In this document: one piece after another, positions 49,898-61,150 of the stretch
Numbering within the stretch: position 1 is the stretch's first letter
Layout: the number at the start of each line of letters is the position of its first letter
Assembly: GCA_964304625.1 (NCBI GenBank)
Contig: OZ199838.1
Location: forward strand, 15,678,581-15,742,580
DNA: 64,000 bases
Direction: 5' to 3'
Source: Kudoa neothunni
Taxonomy: Eukaryota > Animalia > Cnidaria
The notes under the pieces: model-generated
Database searches by the model: none
The model's input: the letters and a program-made list of their open reading frames with translations, nothing else
Told to the model about the DNA's origin: nothing
Made by a program: the position numbers and the translations under genes

Positions 49898-51239
49898 TTG
49901 CAATGGTTGACCGACTTATTGCACTTTTGGTGAATTTTATTATAGCCGTCAATATTAAACCTTATATTTAATATTATTTTATAAATAGATAACTGTCAAA
50001 AAGTTTTAAATTCATGTTATCCATAAAGTGAAGTTATTAAATCGCCATAATTTTTTATTAACCCAAGGATGATTAAAACGGTTAACCATTACACATATTA
50101 TAACTGTTGATATACAATGTTTTAATTTAGAGTCCTGAAGAATTATATCCGTATATACTAACAATGATAATATTTATATCCTCGCGCAATGTTGTTTATA
50201 ATTATCTATTTTCTGCATTAAATAAAAAAAGTATTAAGATATACACGCTATTCAATAAACTTCAAGCATCAAATTATTTAGATATTAATCGAAATGTTTG
50301 AGTTAGGATCACTGGAATTTAATCGCATATTTTACGCCGTGTGCCAACCACTACTGATTGTGGATATTCTTGTCCCCAGGAAACCATAATTAATGATCAT
50401 TTTTTTAATATCACATTTAATAATTATTTCAAGTAATTTTTTATTTTCATAGGTATTGCTATTTAGAACATTAAAAGTATCCTAAACTGATTATTTTAAA
50501 TTTCTTCTAATAGAATTTTTCTATATACAGTTGTAAATGGGTATTACACACTTTATGATATTAATTTTTACCTTGATAAAAATATATAATTTTTTTTTTT
50601 ATTATTAACCTAGAAATATTTAATCCAATAAATTTATTATTAAAAATATGGTCCATGATTTTAAAATATGCGGTTACAAACTTAATGCGAATTAAAAAAT
50701 TCTCCACTTAAATCTGACAACATGGTTAGTGCCTGTAAAGTTTATAATAAGTGTTATGCGAGATAAAGAGAGTGTTAGCGTGACATACAAAGTACCTAAA
50801 AAGCTCAACATGATATTCTATGCATCAATAGCACGGATTAACTGTGAAAATCATGGGGAAACTGCGGACTTTAGAGCTCCAACTAAATATGAAGAACTTA
50901 CTTCAATATACTCCCCCAAATAATATAATTAATCCATAGTACTTTAAAGTTTAATTTAAATAAGTTCATGTTTATAATACGTTAAAGATGAACAAAGAAT
51001 AAATATTATATTATTCTGTACAAACATTTCAATTATCTTTAAATAGCATCGTTTTTTATTAGCCAATTGTAATACCTTAGTTTTCCCTTAAAAAAACATT
51101 CGGCTACTGTTTTTTAAAACAAGAAAATTTTGAAATAAATCAAGAATAACGCAGAATTATAATGGAACTATATATACAAAATAAAGTATCGAGTTTCTAT
51201 ACATTTTTGTATTTTATTTAAATGTTAATTGTCGTTAGA

Positions 51240-51868
51240 TATCATAATAGGCATATCCATCAGTTCATCACAAACTCTACTCCTTTTCTTTCTCAAAAAA
51301 TTTCCAGCCATTAAAAATGATACTTGACATAAAATAAATTAAATTCTGTGCTTTTAATCACATTTATTAATAGCATAAGATCATCGTTTAGAACTCTTTA
51401 AAGCTCAAAAATATTTTGAACATTTGAATTTGAATTTTTTGGAATCCTCCTTTTTGTTAAATTTGGAAAGCTTTAAAACTCTGATCGTAAATCTTGATTT
51501 TGACTAGAAACCGAATATGTAAAATATTCTCAACATCAGCATTGTTGTCTAATTCAAAAAATCTCTCATGTTGCAGTTATATAAAACTATGAAATTCTTC
51601 CTTATACAACAATACGACAGTTAAATTTCATAACCGCATATATAATTATTATTCAAATAACAAACAATATTCACAAAAACAACGTTTCAGCATTTGGTAG
51701 TTCTGCATAGATACAAAAAATCATCGGTTGTGACATATGTGAGTCCTTGTTTTTACATAGCTTATTTAAAACGAAATCGAAAATTGTGTCCGAATCTTTA
51801 TAATTTACGGTTTCTCTGGATAATGATTTTATTACAAGAATTATCGGTTCCAATAAAACTTTTACATC
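51240..51868 (-). pseudogene. hAT transposase C-terminal relic, interrupted by a MITE
   Basis: EPIILVIKSLSR..VNYKDSDTIFDFVLNKL resembles the post-RW helical region of hAT transposases; heavily degraded. Confidence 0.4.
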
Positions 51869-51876
51869 CTCTAAAG

Positions 51877-52337
51877 CAGGGTTTCTCGATAGCTTTTTTA
51901 AATATACCTCCCCTGGGAGTGCAAAAATCCAAACTTACCCCCCCCCCCCCCCTTTGGTTGAGTGCTTTAAAATCGGCTACTCACTTGGAGTTTTTGGAGT
52001 CAAATAAACTCCAGGCTTTTATTCCATCGTTAACCCTCTACGAATTTTGGGGTGAAATTCACTCGAAACAAGTTTTAATCCTATCATACATTCTTTCATT
52101 GTTTTTTAATGCGTGTGAAATTATTGTTATACCTATGAATTTATTTTAAGTGTCATTTTTGAGTGTTCGGGTTTTAAAAAAATAAAAATTTTTCCCCCAA
52201 TTTCTTTATTAAAATCATTAAGATCCGTTTCTCTCCACAATGTATTGTTTAGCTAAACCAATACAAAACCTTAAAGTAGGTACAAATTTTGTTTCCAAAT
52301 TAAGGGGTGAATTTTAGAATACGGTTGGGAACCCCTA
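51877..52337 (-). mobile_element. hAT MITE sharing the family C end
   Basis: CAGGGTTTCTC ... GGGAACCCCTA termini; TSD CTCTAAAG / TTTTAAAG (6 of 8); 52250-52337 matches family C. Confidence 0.7.
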
Positions 52338-52623
52338 TTTTAAAGGGTTAAATGCAATAAATAATTCTGTAACATTAAATAAAAATTTATCAACAACTTA
52401 CTGTCGCATTTTTGCCAAGATTTTCACTGGACGTATACGAAACAATTCTAATTCGTGTGACTTTATTGGTCCAATCTGTTTTTGTCAATTAGGACTTGAT
52501 TGTAACGAATTAATGAGATAACTTATTATTTCATGTGTAAAAATGGTTTAAAATTTGTTTCCTACAATAGATAATCATTTTTACGTAATTCCCACGAGGT
52601 AGGGTTCAAGTAAAAACAGTCAT

Positions 52624-52927
52624 TTAACCACTTTGTTCCAGTTTTGAGCGCAAATGATCAATATAAATTTTTTTATATTGTCCTTTGGATATAATTTTGA
52701 CCATACACATTCTTCTCGCAAACAAATTCAACCAAACTTCATCTCTCTAAATATTTTAGTATTATTTAAAGCAAAAAATCCCATGAGGTAAAATTGACCC
52801 CGAAAGAACCAAGAGTATAATTTTTTCGTGTATCATTGTTTATTTTACTTTCTCAAGTTTTTATTCAAAAATTCTAAAATATTATATGTTTTAGGAGAAT
52901 ACATCAGATATTACAATCGTCAAATTC

Positions 52928-52969
<42 letters not shown>

Positions 52970-53027
52970 AACTTGAATAAAATAAGCTCTATGGACAATT
53001 TGATCCCAGAAAAGTTCGGGAGGTTAA
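52624..53027. mobile_element. Possible piggyBac-like MITE with internal (TA)n
   Basis: TTAA-CC ... GG-TTAA ends and subterminal AATTGACCC / AATTTGATCCC motifs; TIR match is weak. Confidence 0.35.
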
Positions 53028-53099
53028 GTTGTATACTTATTTAGGTATTATTAGGTTACATCTCTAAAAAATAAAAGAGGAATAAAAATAAATAATTGA

Positions 53100-53302
53100 T
53101 ACTAGTTTTATAAATAATTGTTCAATACTTATTCTCAAAAACATTTAAAAAATTCCTGCCAACATCCTAACCTAATGGAGTGTAAGAACCCCGAATAATA
53201 TAACCCCTTAGAAAGTCTTAAGTTTGTAACAACCCGCATTGCTCAAAATTTAACCCTAACCAATTTAAGTATCATCTAATATTTGCCCCCGGTTGAGAAC
53301 AA
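53100..53302 (+). mobile_element. hAT MITE family C fragment
   Basis: AACATTTAAAAAATT..GAATAATATAA.CC.TTAGAAA matches 41291-41365; ends CGGTTGAGAAC. Confidence 0.6.
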
Positions 53303-53867
53303 TTAAAATAATGTGATCCTGATGTCTAGAATTATAGAGCCGACCCTATTTTAGTGTATTTCAATGTTTTCCTCCATATTTTCAAAATATATGATGTTTT
53401 AATTTAAACAGTTTATAATTTTTATTCAAGCTTCATATCACATTCAAATTTGAAAGTGGTTAATATATATTTTTTCATCATAAAATTAAGTTGTATTCAA
53501 TTATACCAAACTTAATTTATCGATTGACCTTAAAAATTAATATCTTTAGTTCTTCATTTCATCAAAAACAGCGTTTGGTGAAACTCGTTGTAATCTAGTT
53601 TGCATTAGGCCAGACATTCGTGTATACATTTCTTATAAACACAAAAGAAATAATCTAGATATAAAATTAATCAATATTAAATTGGCATAAATCATATCAG
53701 AAGGATGACGATTATACATGAGACAAAATTGGGATTAAAACCATTCTGTTTCTATTCAAAATAAGATCATTTGAATGTTATTATTCATTTGTATATACTC
53801 AATAATGTCATTTGGTATTGGTTATGATATCGATAATCACTTAAAGATAAAAGAGATCGAGGTATAG

Positions 53868-54119
53868 ATTTCAAAGTGCCCCACGCCGCTCAATATCTCA
53901 CCATTATCCATGCCACGTAAATGCTCAGGATTTCCCGCGTTCAGTAAACGTTCGAAAATTTCTACGTCTCGCCCCTACGTTGTGAAACACTTCTTTAAAC
54001 GTATGAAAATAAGACAAACGACTGCATGTGGCTTATTGCAATGCCTGGAGCATTTACCGAGGTAAACAAAAAAACCGCATCAGAGGACTAAAGCTGCAAG
54101 CAAAGCGAATGTATGAAAT
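53868..54119 (-). ncRNA. Candidate structured RNA or 3'UTR element, unclassified
   Basis: GC-enriched island with nested inverted repeats: GTAAATGCTC 53917-53926 / GAGCATTTAC 54048-54057; ATTTCA 53868-53873 / TGAAAT 54114-54119; several internal hairpins. Confidence 0.35.
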
Positions 54120-54200
54120 AATAGAAACTAATGCTTAACATTTTTATGTACACCGAAAAAAATAATCCAAACAAAAGCGTCATTACATTACTACTAAAAT

Positions 54201-54282
54201 ACTATACTGAATTATACTATACTGAATTATACTATACTGAATTATACTATACTGAATTATACTATACTGAATTATACTATAC
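54201..54282. repeat. 15-bp tandem repeat (ACTATACTGAATTAT)x5.5 overlapping the GRWD1 stop codon
   Basis: Units start at 54201, 54216, 54231, 54246, 54261, 54276. Confidence 0.97.
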
Positions 54283-56331
54283 ACTAATGGTTTTAAAAAT
54301 ATTAAACCCCCTGAAAGCTGTACTCATGATCAAGCCATGATGAGCAGGGTGCCAATGGCATTCTTTAATCTCACTTTGTCCCTTTAAAATCAGAAATAAC
54401 AAAATCAACTCGAAAATTGATGGTCGTGTTACCAAGTGAATAAAAATAATTTGAGGAAGCACATTTTCGGGAATATCTCCTCGATCAAGATTATCTGTAT
54501 CTACCGCCAAATCCCAGAGTACCACTTGATCATCTTCACCAGCAGACACAAAGGTGGATGAATCGGTGGGATGCCATTCAACAGAAGTAATAGCTTTGGT
54601 GTGATGAGAGAATTCACACACAGCTTGACTTAATTGACTGCTAACAAAATTTTGTGAATTTCAAGTCACACCCCGCATTATTACGGAATACCTTGTAGAT
54701 TGGTTGGTTTGGAGTTGTCTAAGATCCCAAATCTTGACAATACCATTTTCATCACCCGAAACTATTAATGGTTCATGTCTTCATAAAAAATAGTGATTAA
54801 TTAATATTTTCCTACAGAACGGAACTACTTGTTCCAAGCGAAAACATTGATATCCGTCCCCGGATGAGCGTTGACTGAGAGTACCGGTTTGGTTTCGGTT
54901 GAGCGTGTGTCCCACACTTTAATGTATCCATCGCAACCGCTGCTAGCAAGAATCTTGTGGAAAATTTGATACAATGTTAATAATCATTTCATTATCTTAC
55001 ATCTTTTTCGTTAGGGCTCCATTGAACACATTCCACCGAAGAACTGTGACCAAATTGTTGTTTTGATGATAAGCAATCCACTTGCCAAGTTGATTCACTG
55101 GCATTCCATACAGCTATCGTACTGTCACACGAGCCACTTGCCAGTCTATAAAGAAATACGTTGAATTGAATAGTTTGATAAGAATAAGTGTGGGTCACCT
55201 AGCAGTAGCTAACGAGTTCCAATCAAGAGCATAACCTTCTTCCTTAATTGATTGATTAATTGATTGATTAATTGATTGATTGATTAATTAATTAATATTT
55301 AATTAAACATCAAAATTAATTGTGTTTGAATGTGGAAAATGTAATATTAACTTGATGTCCCGTGAAAGTAAACAGTGGCTTTTTGGTGTTGTTGTTTTTT
55401 CGGGTTTTGTTGGTGTTATGGAGATCATTTAATTCATCGGTAATATCGAACACAGTGACCACCCCCGTATCAGACCAGCACGCAGTGTAGTCTCTGTTGA
55501 AAAATGATGACATCTACAACCCCCATCTGTCGAATCTCATAACAAATTAACGCAACTACCGCAATCTTATTGACAGATCCTTGATGGGGAAAAGTTATGA
55601 CTTTTAAATCGGGTTCAATTGCGTCAACTTCATCGTCACTTTCTTCATCGGATGATTGCGACGAGCTTTCATCGATATTTTTGTATTTAATGTTGGAAAT
55701 GGATCCGGTTATAATTTGATTGCTTTTGGAATTGCTGATTTGAGAGCCAGCTACAAAATTAGTAGTCAACGAATCCTAAAAATAATAACATTTTTAAGTC
55801 TATAGTAGATCATAATAATATATCAAACTTGATTATTATTAGTGCTTCCAATGAGAGTTTTTGTCGGAACAAACGAAAAACTAAGACATGGAAATCCCAG
55901 GTCGAACTAGTTCCAACGAACAAAATCATTTCAAAATTACAACTAGAAAAATCCACCTCATGATATAATCGATAAGCTGAGGGATCATAAACCAAATCAT
56001 CGTTAGTTTCGTTATCATTACTATCGAAACCAATGTTTTTATAGTCCTGATTTGGTAGATACAATTTCTATTAAAATTTATTAGATTGAAGAACAACCAT
56101 CCACGAACAGCCTACTTTGATAGCAGGTTCAGATTCATTGTCTTCTAGGAGAAATTTAATTTGTTTTAAAATCCCCCTTAAAATTACCATTCGACGAATT
56201 TTGTGGAACAGTTGAACCAACAGTGTTCCCACCTTTCCAATCATACTCAAACAACCAACCAATTGATCTATTTTACTTTTATGATTTTTTGTTGCACTAA
56301 TCAATTTCTGTTTCCTTGTTAATTTTCCCAT
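54277..56331 (-). CDS. GRWD1: GRWD1/Rrb1, glutamate-rich WD40 ribosome biogenesis protein, ~13 exons
   Basis: LVYDPSAY.LYH, FPCLSF, AGSQ, acidic tract, HQGSVNKI, GHQEEGYALDW, HSSSVE.VQWSP, AITSVEWHP, WDLAVD, PQIIFIH.GQ.EIKE.HWH, GFNIFKTISV*. Confidence 0.95.
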
Positions 56332-56558
56332 AACTGATTATTTTACTGCGTTGTGCGCGCGCAGCTTTCGTGTTATCGATAAATTGTGTACTTTGCATTA
56401 TGCTTACAGCACACCAAAATAAATGAATATTAATTCTAGTCTAGAAGGTTGACCTATGGATTATTTATAACATCAAATTTAAGAGTTATAAATCTTTTGA
56501 CGAAATATACCGAAGTTCTCACACTCGGAAACAGAACGTGGTAGTTATAAGTTCAGCG
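56332..56558. promoter_or_regulatory. 227-bp bidirectional promoter region between GRWD1 and RPL7A
   Basis: Head-to-head start codons at 56331 (-) and 56559 (+); contains GTGCGCGCGC and TATCGATA. Confidence 0.7.
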
Positions 56559-57582
56559 ATGGCAGTAAATATGAAATTATGTTTCATCGGACTGATTGTC
56601 TAATGTAGGGGGGATCTAAACAGTCGAAAAAGATTCAAAAGGCACCACTTAAGATGTCCACTGTGGACACTAAGAAGAAGAACAAAAAGGCTTTGAAACA
56701 TGCTAGACAACCTAGAAATCTCATTGAGAGCACTCCCAAAGCGTTCACAGTTGGTACGATCGAATGTGGTGTGGTGTATGAGTGTTTATTGTGGTTAAAT
56801 AGGCAAGTCTATTCTCCCCAAGCGAGATCTTACTCGTTATGTCAAATGGCCTAAATACATCCGTATCCAACGCCAAGAGAAAATCCTTCTCCAACGCCTC
56901 AGAGTGCCTCCATCAATAAATCAATTTTCGCACACTCTGGACAAACAAACCAGTAATTCGAATGAGATGGATGCGGTTGATGTTTGTTGTAGCTATTAAG
57001 TTGTTTTCGCTCATGCACAAATACCGCCCTGAAACCAAAGCTCAAAAGAAGCAACGTTTGTTGACTGCCGCTCAACAACAGGTTGAAGGTGCAAAACAAA
57101 AAAAAGTCCAACGACCTTTGTCAGTTGAATTTGGGTTGAAACACGTGACCAAACTCATTGAAAAGAAAAAGGCTTCGTTGGTTGTGATTGCTCATGATGT
57201 TAAACCACTTGAGGTGAGGCACATTACTCGCATATATGCAAATTTAAGGGATCTCTAATGCTATTGCTTGTTGGTTTAGTTAGTTGTGTGGCTACCTGCC
57301 CTCTGTAGAAGAATGGGTGTCCCATATTGTATAGTCAAAGGAAAAGCACGTCTTGGCCTTTTGTTACACAAGAAAAAAGCTGCTGTTGCCGCATTCACCA
57401 AAGTCAAAAAGGAGGATATGGTCTCTCTGGATAAGTTGGTCGAAACTATCAGAGTTAACTTCAATGAGAGAGGTGATGAAATCCGACGTATGTGGGGAGG
57501 AAACATCCTTAGCAAAAAGGCCCAAAACAGAGTTGCTAGCATTGAAAAATCCAAAGCTAATGAAATCAAAGTTGTTTCATAG
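56559..57582 (+). CDS. RPL7A: 60S ribosomal protein L7a (eL8), 5 coding exons
   Basis: [84 protein letters not shown]; first coding exon is ATGGCA only. Confidence 0.98.
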
Positions 57583-58279
57583 ATTGACATGAAATAGTTG
57601 TTAACCGTGTGATGAGAGTAGTGCATTTTTTCTTGATTTTTGGATTTTTGCGTTAATTAATCCATACGTTTGTTGTTGTAGAGGCGTCGCTTGTTTATTC
57701 TTGTTATTTGAATGTCTTAAGTTGAATTTAATTTGTCTAATTAATCTATAATCCGACTACTACAGTTCTACAGTTTGTTTTTGATTTTAGTATTGCGCAT
57801 TAAGGTTCTCGTAAGCTTAAAAGAGAATTGTCAGATGAGTCATTTAACTCGTACTAAATATTGTAATAGAAACCAATCAACAAACTTGAAATCTCACTTT
57901 AATTTCAAGAGGTACACCATATTTTATAAATAGCACTAAAAATATGGTTCTACCAATATAAAACTAATCGAAACATAAAATTACTGATAAGGTATCGTTA
58001 AATACTAAACTGTTAATTCATTATCACTGTCCTCCTCATCGTATAGGTCTATATTTTCCATCATTTTAATTAATTGGTCAGATAATTTATCTCATGCGAC
58101 TGACATCCCTCAACAAACATTCAGATTATAGAGGAGCATTCTTTTCTCATCTGCCAATAAAAATGCGTTGTTAAACGTTGATATTATTCACTCATGAAAA
58201 TAATCTGTCGACAGAATCAAATGAATGAGGTCAAACAAATAGACAGAATTTAGTTTGTTTGACTGTAATGGATACCTAA

Positions 58280-59601
58280 CACTTGTACGCGTCCAGTGCC
58301 CAATGGACACTGCTCATGATTATTTTAAAAATTGTAACACTCTCAGCAAAGCCAGAAAAACATAAATCTATCCAGCTGCTCAAAAATTTGTTTTAAATTT
58401 TCTATTACGTCTACACCATCTAATAACTTGTGTATGATTTTTTATTTCTATGTAAATGAAAAATTGCGCACAACAGGGTCCATTGGACCCTGTTGAATAA
58501 TTGAACAATTAAGATGCCAAAGCGAATTCAAACTCCAAAATAAAAAATATTTGTATAAGTCAATCTGAACATTACTATGTTCATTAAAAAAATTTTAATT
58601 TTCAGTTATTTCTTTCAATGTACTTTAACGAAAAAATTATTTCTTATTTTCTTCTGTTTTGTGTAATTTTGGTTATATTATCAAATTTTATAATAAACCA
58701 AATTATGGGTGTAAAATAATTGCAAATTTACGCTAAGAAAGAGGTACGTGTTAACTCAAAATACGATAACTAGGAGAATATATTATATAATCCCTCAAAG
58801 TGAACGGTAAATTAATTATGTTTATTGCTTAATCTCTAGGGATATAACAATGGGAGGTGGGAAATATTTGTCAAAAATAATAACTGATTAATCTTTTGTC
58901 GATCTCGTGTACAGATTGGTGGTTGTGCATTAGGTTTTCCATTAATGATGCAATCAAAATGATTATAGATAACTCAGAAGACTCGACATTGTAAGGAGGA
59001 AAACTCTCAGATGGTCACTCACAATATTTTACAATATACTTCACACCGCTGGTTACAACTCAATGATTGTGTACTTAGATAAATATAATGAATTTAAACT
59101 AAAATACCAAAACCAGGCAAGGCGTCAATATTTACAAAATTTAATTGAGGAGATTGTTGAAAAGTGAATTAACCAAAAGATTGATCTTCCATTTGCAACA
59201 TCGCCGAAGTATGATAGGAGGGATGACAAGAAAAGATGCCATTTTCTCCCATACTCGATGCATGTAAAAACTATGACAATGTACTTTTAATGCAAAAAAC
59301 GTGTGCGAACAACATTACTCATTTCTCTGTTACAGTTGTAACTAATTATTTGTGTTTATTATAAATCCAATGATTTGAATGGGTTCTTCAATGTTATCGT
59401 TGTTATAGTAATGGCGTTGTGTTTTATTCGTATTTCTGCAGATTCGCTATAAATTATATATATTTATAAAAGCTTAAAAATAAATTTTTGTTGGTTTCTA
59501 GAATATTCAAAAAACACTAACAAACAAAATTTCATTCTACGAACAGAGTCCATTAGACCCTGTTCTGCAGTGGTGTAATATTTTTGGCGTACGTACTAGT
59601 G
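58280..59601 (+). mobile_element. Internally deleted piggyBac element with transposase C-terminal relic
   Basis: CTAA|CACTTGTACG ... CGTACTAGTG|TTAA ends; subterminal CAGGGTCCATTGGACCCTG-type palindromes near 58475 and 59544; 59228-59346 reads KKRCHF..KT...CK(fs)NVCEQHYSFLCYSCN*, like the piggyBac Cys-rich domain. Confidence 0.8.
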
Positions 59602-59967
59602 TTAAATATTTCTACTCTTCTCTTATTCGAGACCACATACCAAAAGTTCTCTCGGTCTTTTTCAACGAAATGATCATCAACTTACAGATTACGTTCTATC
59701 TGTTCAATCTTCGAATTTAAATACCCATCTTCAGCAATAATAGATGAAAATCTCTTTGAGATGTATAATGGAATGGGTGGTTTTCCTTCATTGATATTTG
59801 CAGGATCCGCTGCCTCAATTAATTAATAATTGAAATGCATAAACTTTTGAAATATCTGTTTCATCGGTAGTTAAGACAAATCCAAAGTTTTGATAAGAAA
59901 GTGAACAAGATCGTGAGTACTTTTCACAATACTACTATTTTCATTCCGAATAGATCAGAATCAGGAT

Positions 59968-61150
59968 CAGGGGGTGGCCAGATCCGAAACCAACTATAAG
60001 GTTGCCAATATTTCCAAGAGCCATAAGGCATTAAAATGATTTATGCACCTTTTCCTCATTTAAAATTTACATTGTTAGAGTATTTTTGACAAATATTAAA
60101 ATAAAATGTTATAGAATTATAAATAAAGGTTGTTTAGTCTTTCCTTATTCAGTGATTCGCTAAAAAACTTACATAGAATTTTTATAGGTACAATTTATGA
60201 TGGTTTTTCCAAAAAAGTAAATTAGTAGTTAATGATCCAGGATACTTTTCCTCTATGATAAAGATCTCAAAAATATTAAAATATTTTTCATATTGAATCA
60301 TGTATGGTTGTGTGACAACGAATTAAATTAAATATTTTCGAATAAAGTAATAACACACACATGAATTTAATGTTTTCGAAATTTTTTTCTAGAATTTGTT
60401 TTTTCTAATATTACAACATTTTTATTTCCATATTATAGGTGAGCTGACTGTAAGCTGGTTCGCAAGTTGTTAACGCTGTACGAATTAGTTCCGTCGGGTG
60501 TTTGTTTGTGAGGGAGGGAGGGAGGGAGGGATTCGATATGCTTTGATTGTACAAATTTCATCGTTGAATAAATAAACTCAAGCCAATAAGTTGTTCGAAG
60601 GATAGAAACCAATTTGAGCCAAATTTTTCCTAGTTTTGAATATTTAGTTTCTGGGACGTATTTCTCAAAATTCGCTTGGTGAGTTGGAATTATGAATCAT
60701 CTTTCAAGCTTTATGTGTGTTTTGTTCTTTCGATATCTATCATTTCGATAATAAATAAACATTAATTCTAACTGTATTTCCCAATGAAACTAGTAATATC
60801 TAGTTTGTATCAAATATTAAAACTATATGGTAATTTGTAACTACATTTTCTAATCAAAAACGCAACACAAGGCCCTAATCGGGACTCGAACCTGGGTGCT
60901 TTCTTTCAAAGGCGGTGTTTGCCGTACCGCACTGCTATCCTATTGATCGGACACGAATGGTTAGTGGATTACAACTCTTATAATCCACATGTTACAAACA
61001 ATATTATCTAGTTTAAGATTATAGAGTTCATTTCTTCACTTTATTAAATAGTTTAACCGTTTTTCTTCTCTGAATTAACGTTCTGGTTGAATTAAAAAAA
61101 ATTAAATTCAGAAATAATTTTTCAACAGCCCCACTGTTTGGCCACACCTG
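59968..61150 (+). mobile_element. Non-autonomous hAT-like element, family A copy 2
   Basis: TIRs CAGGGGGTGGCCA / TGGCCACACCTG; right flank TTCTAGAT fits the Charlie-type target NTCTAGAN; homologous to 2088-3210. Confidence 0.82.
60861..60996 (-). mobile_element. 136-bp TG..CA-type insertion containing a tRNA-like sequence
   Basis: Absent from the homologous site in copy 1; 5-bp duplication AAAAA / AACAA; minus-strand termini TGTAACA ... TGTTGCG; B box GGTTCGAGTCC. Confidence 0.72.

Noticed and set aside
53868-54119. RNase MRP/P RNA, hammerhead ribozyme or group I intron identity
   Set aside because: Only isolated look-alike words (GGGAAAUCCUGAGC, CUGAUGC, UGAGCGGCGUGG) without the required partner motifs; kept as unclassified.
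54131-54340. ORF with (YYTEL)n repeats
   Set aside because: Antisense translation of the 15-bp tandem repeat at the GRWD1 stop.
56565-57279. Intronic snoRNAs in RPL7A, as in vertebrates
   Set aside because: Introns are only ~40-66 nt, too short, and lack C/D box pairs.
60871-60946. Functional tRNA gene
   Set aside because: Acceptor and T stems are mismatched and no clear anticodon arm forms; part of the 136-bp insertion.
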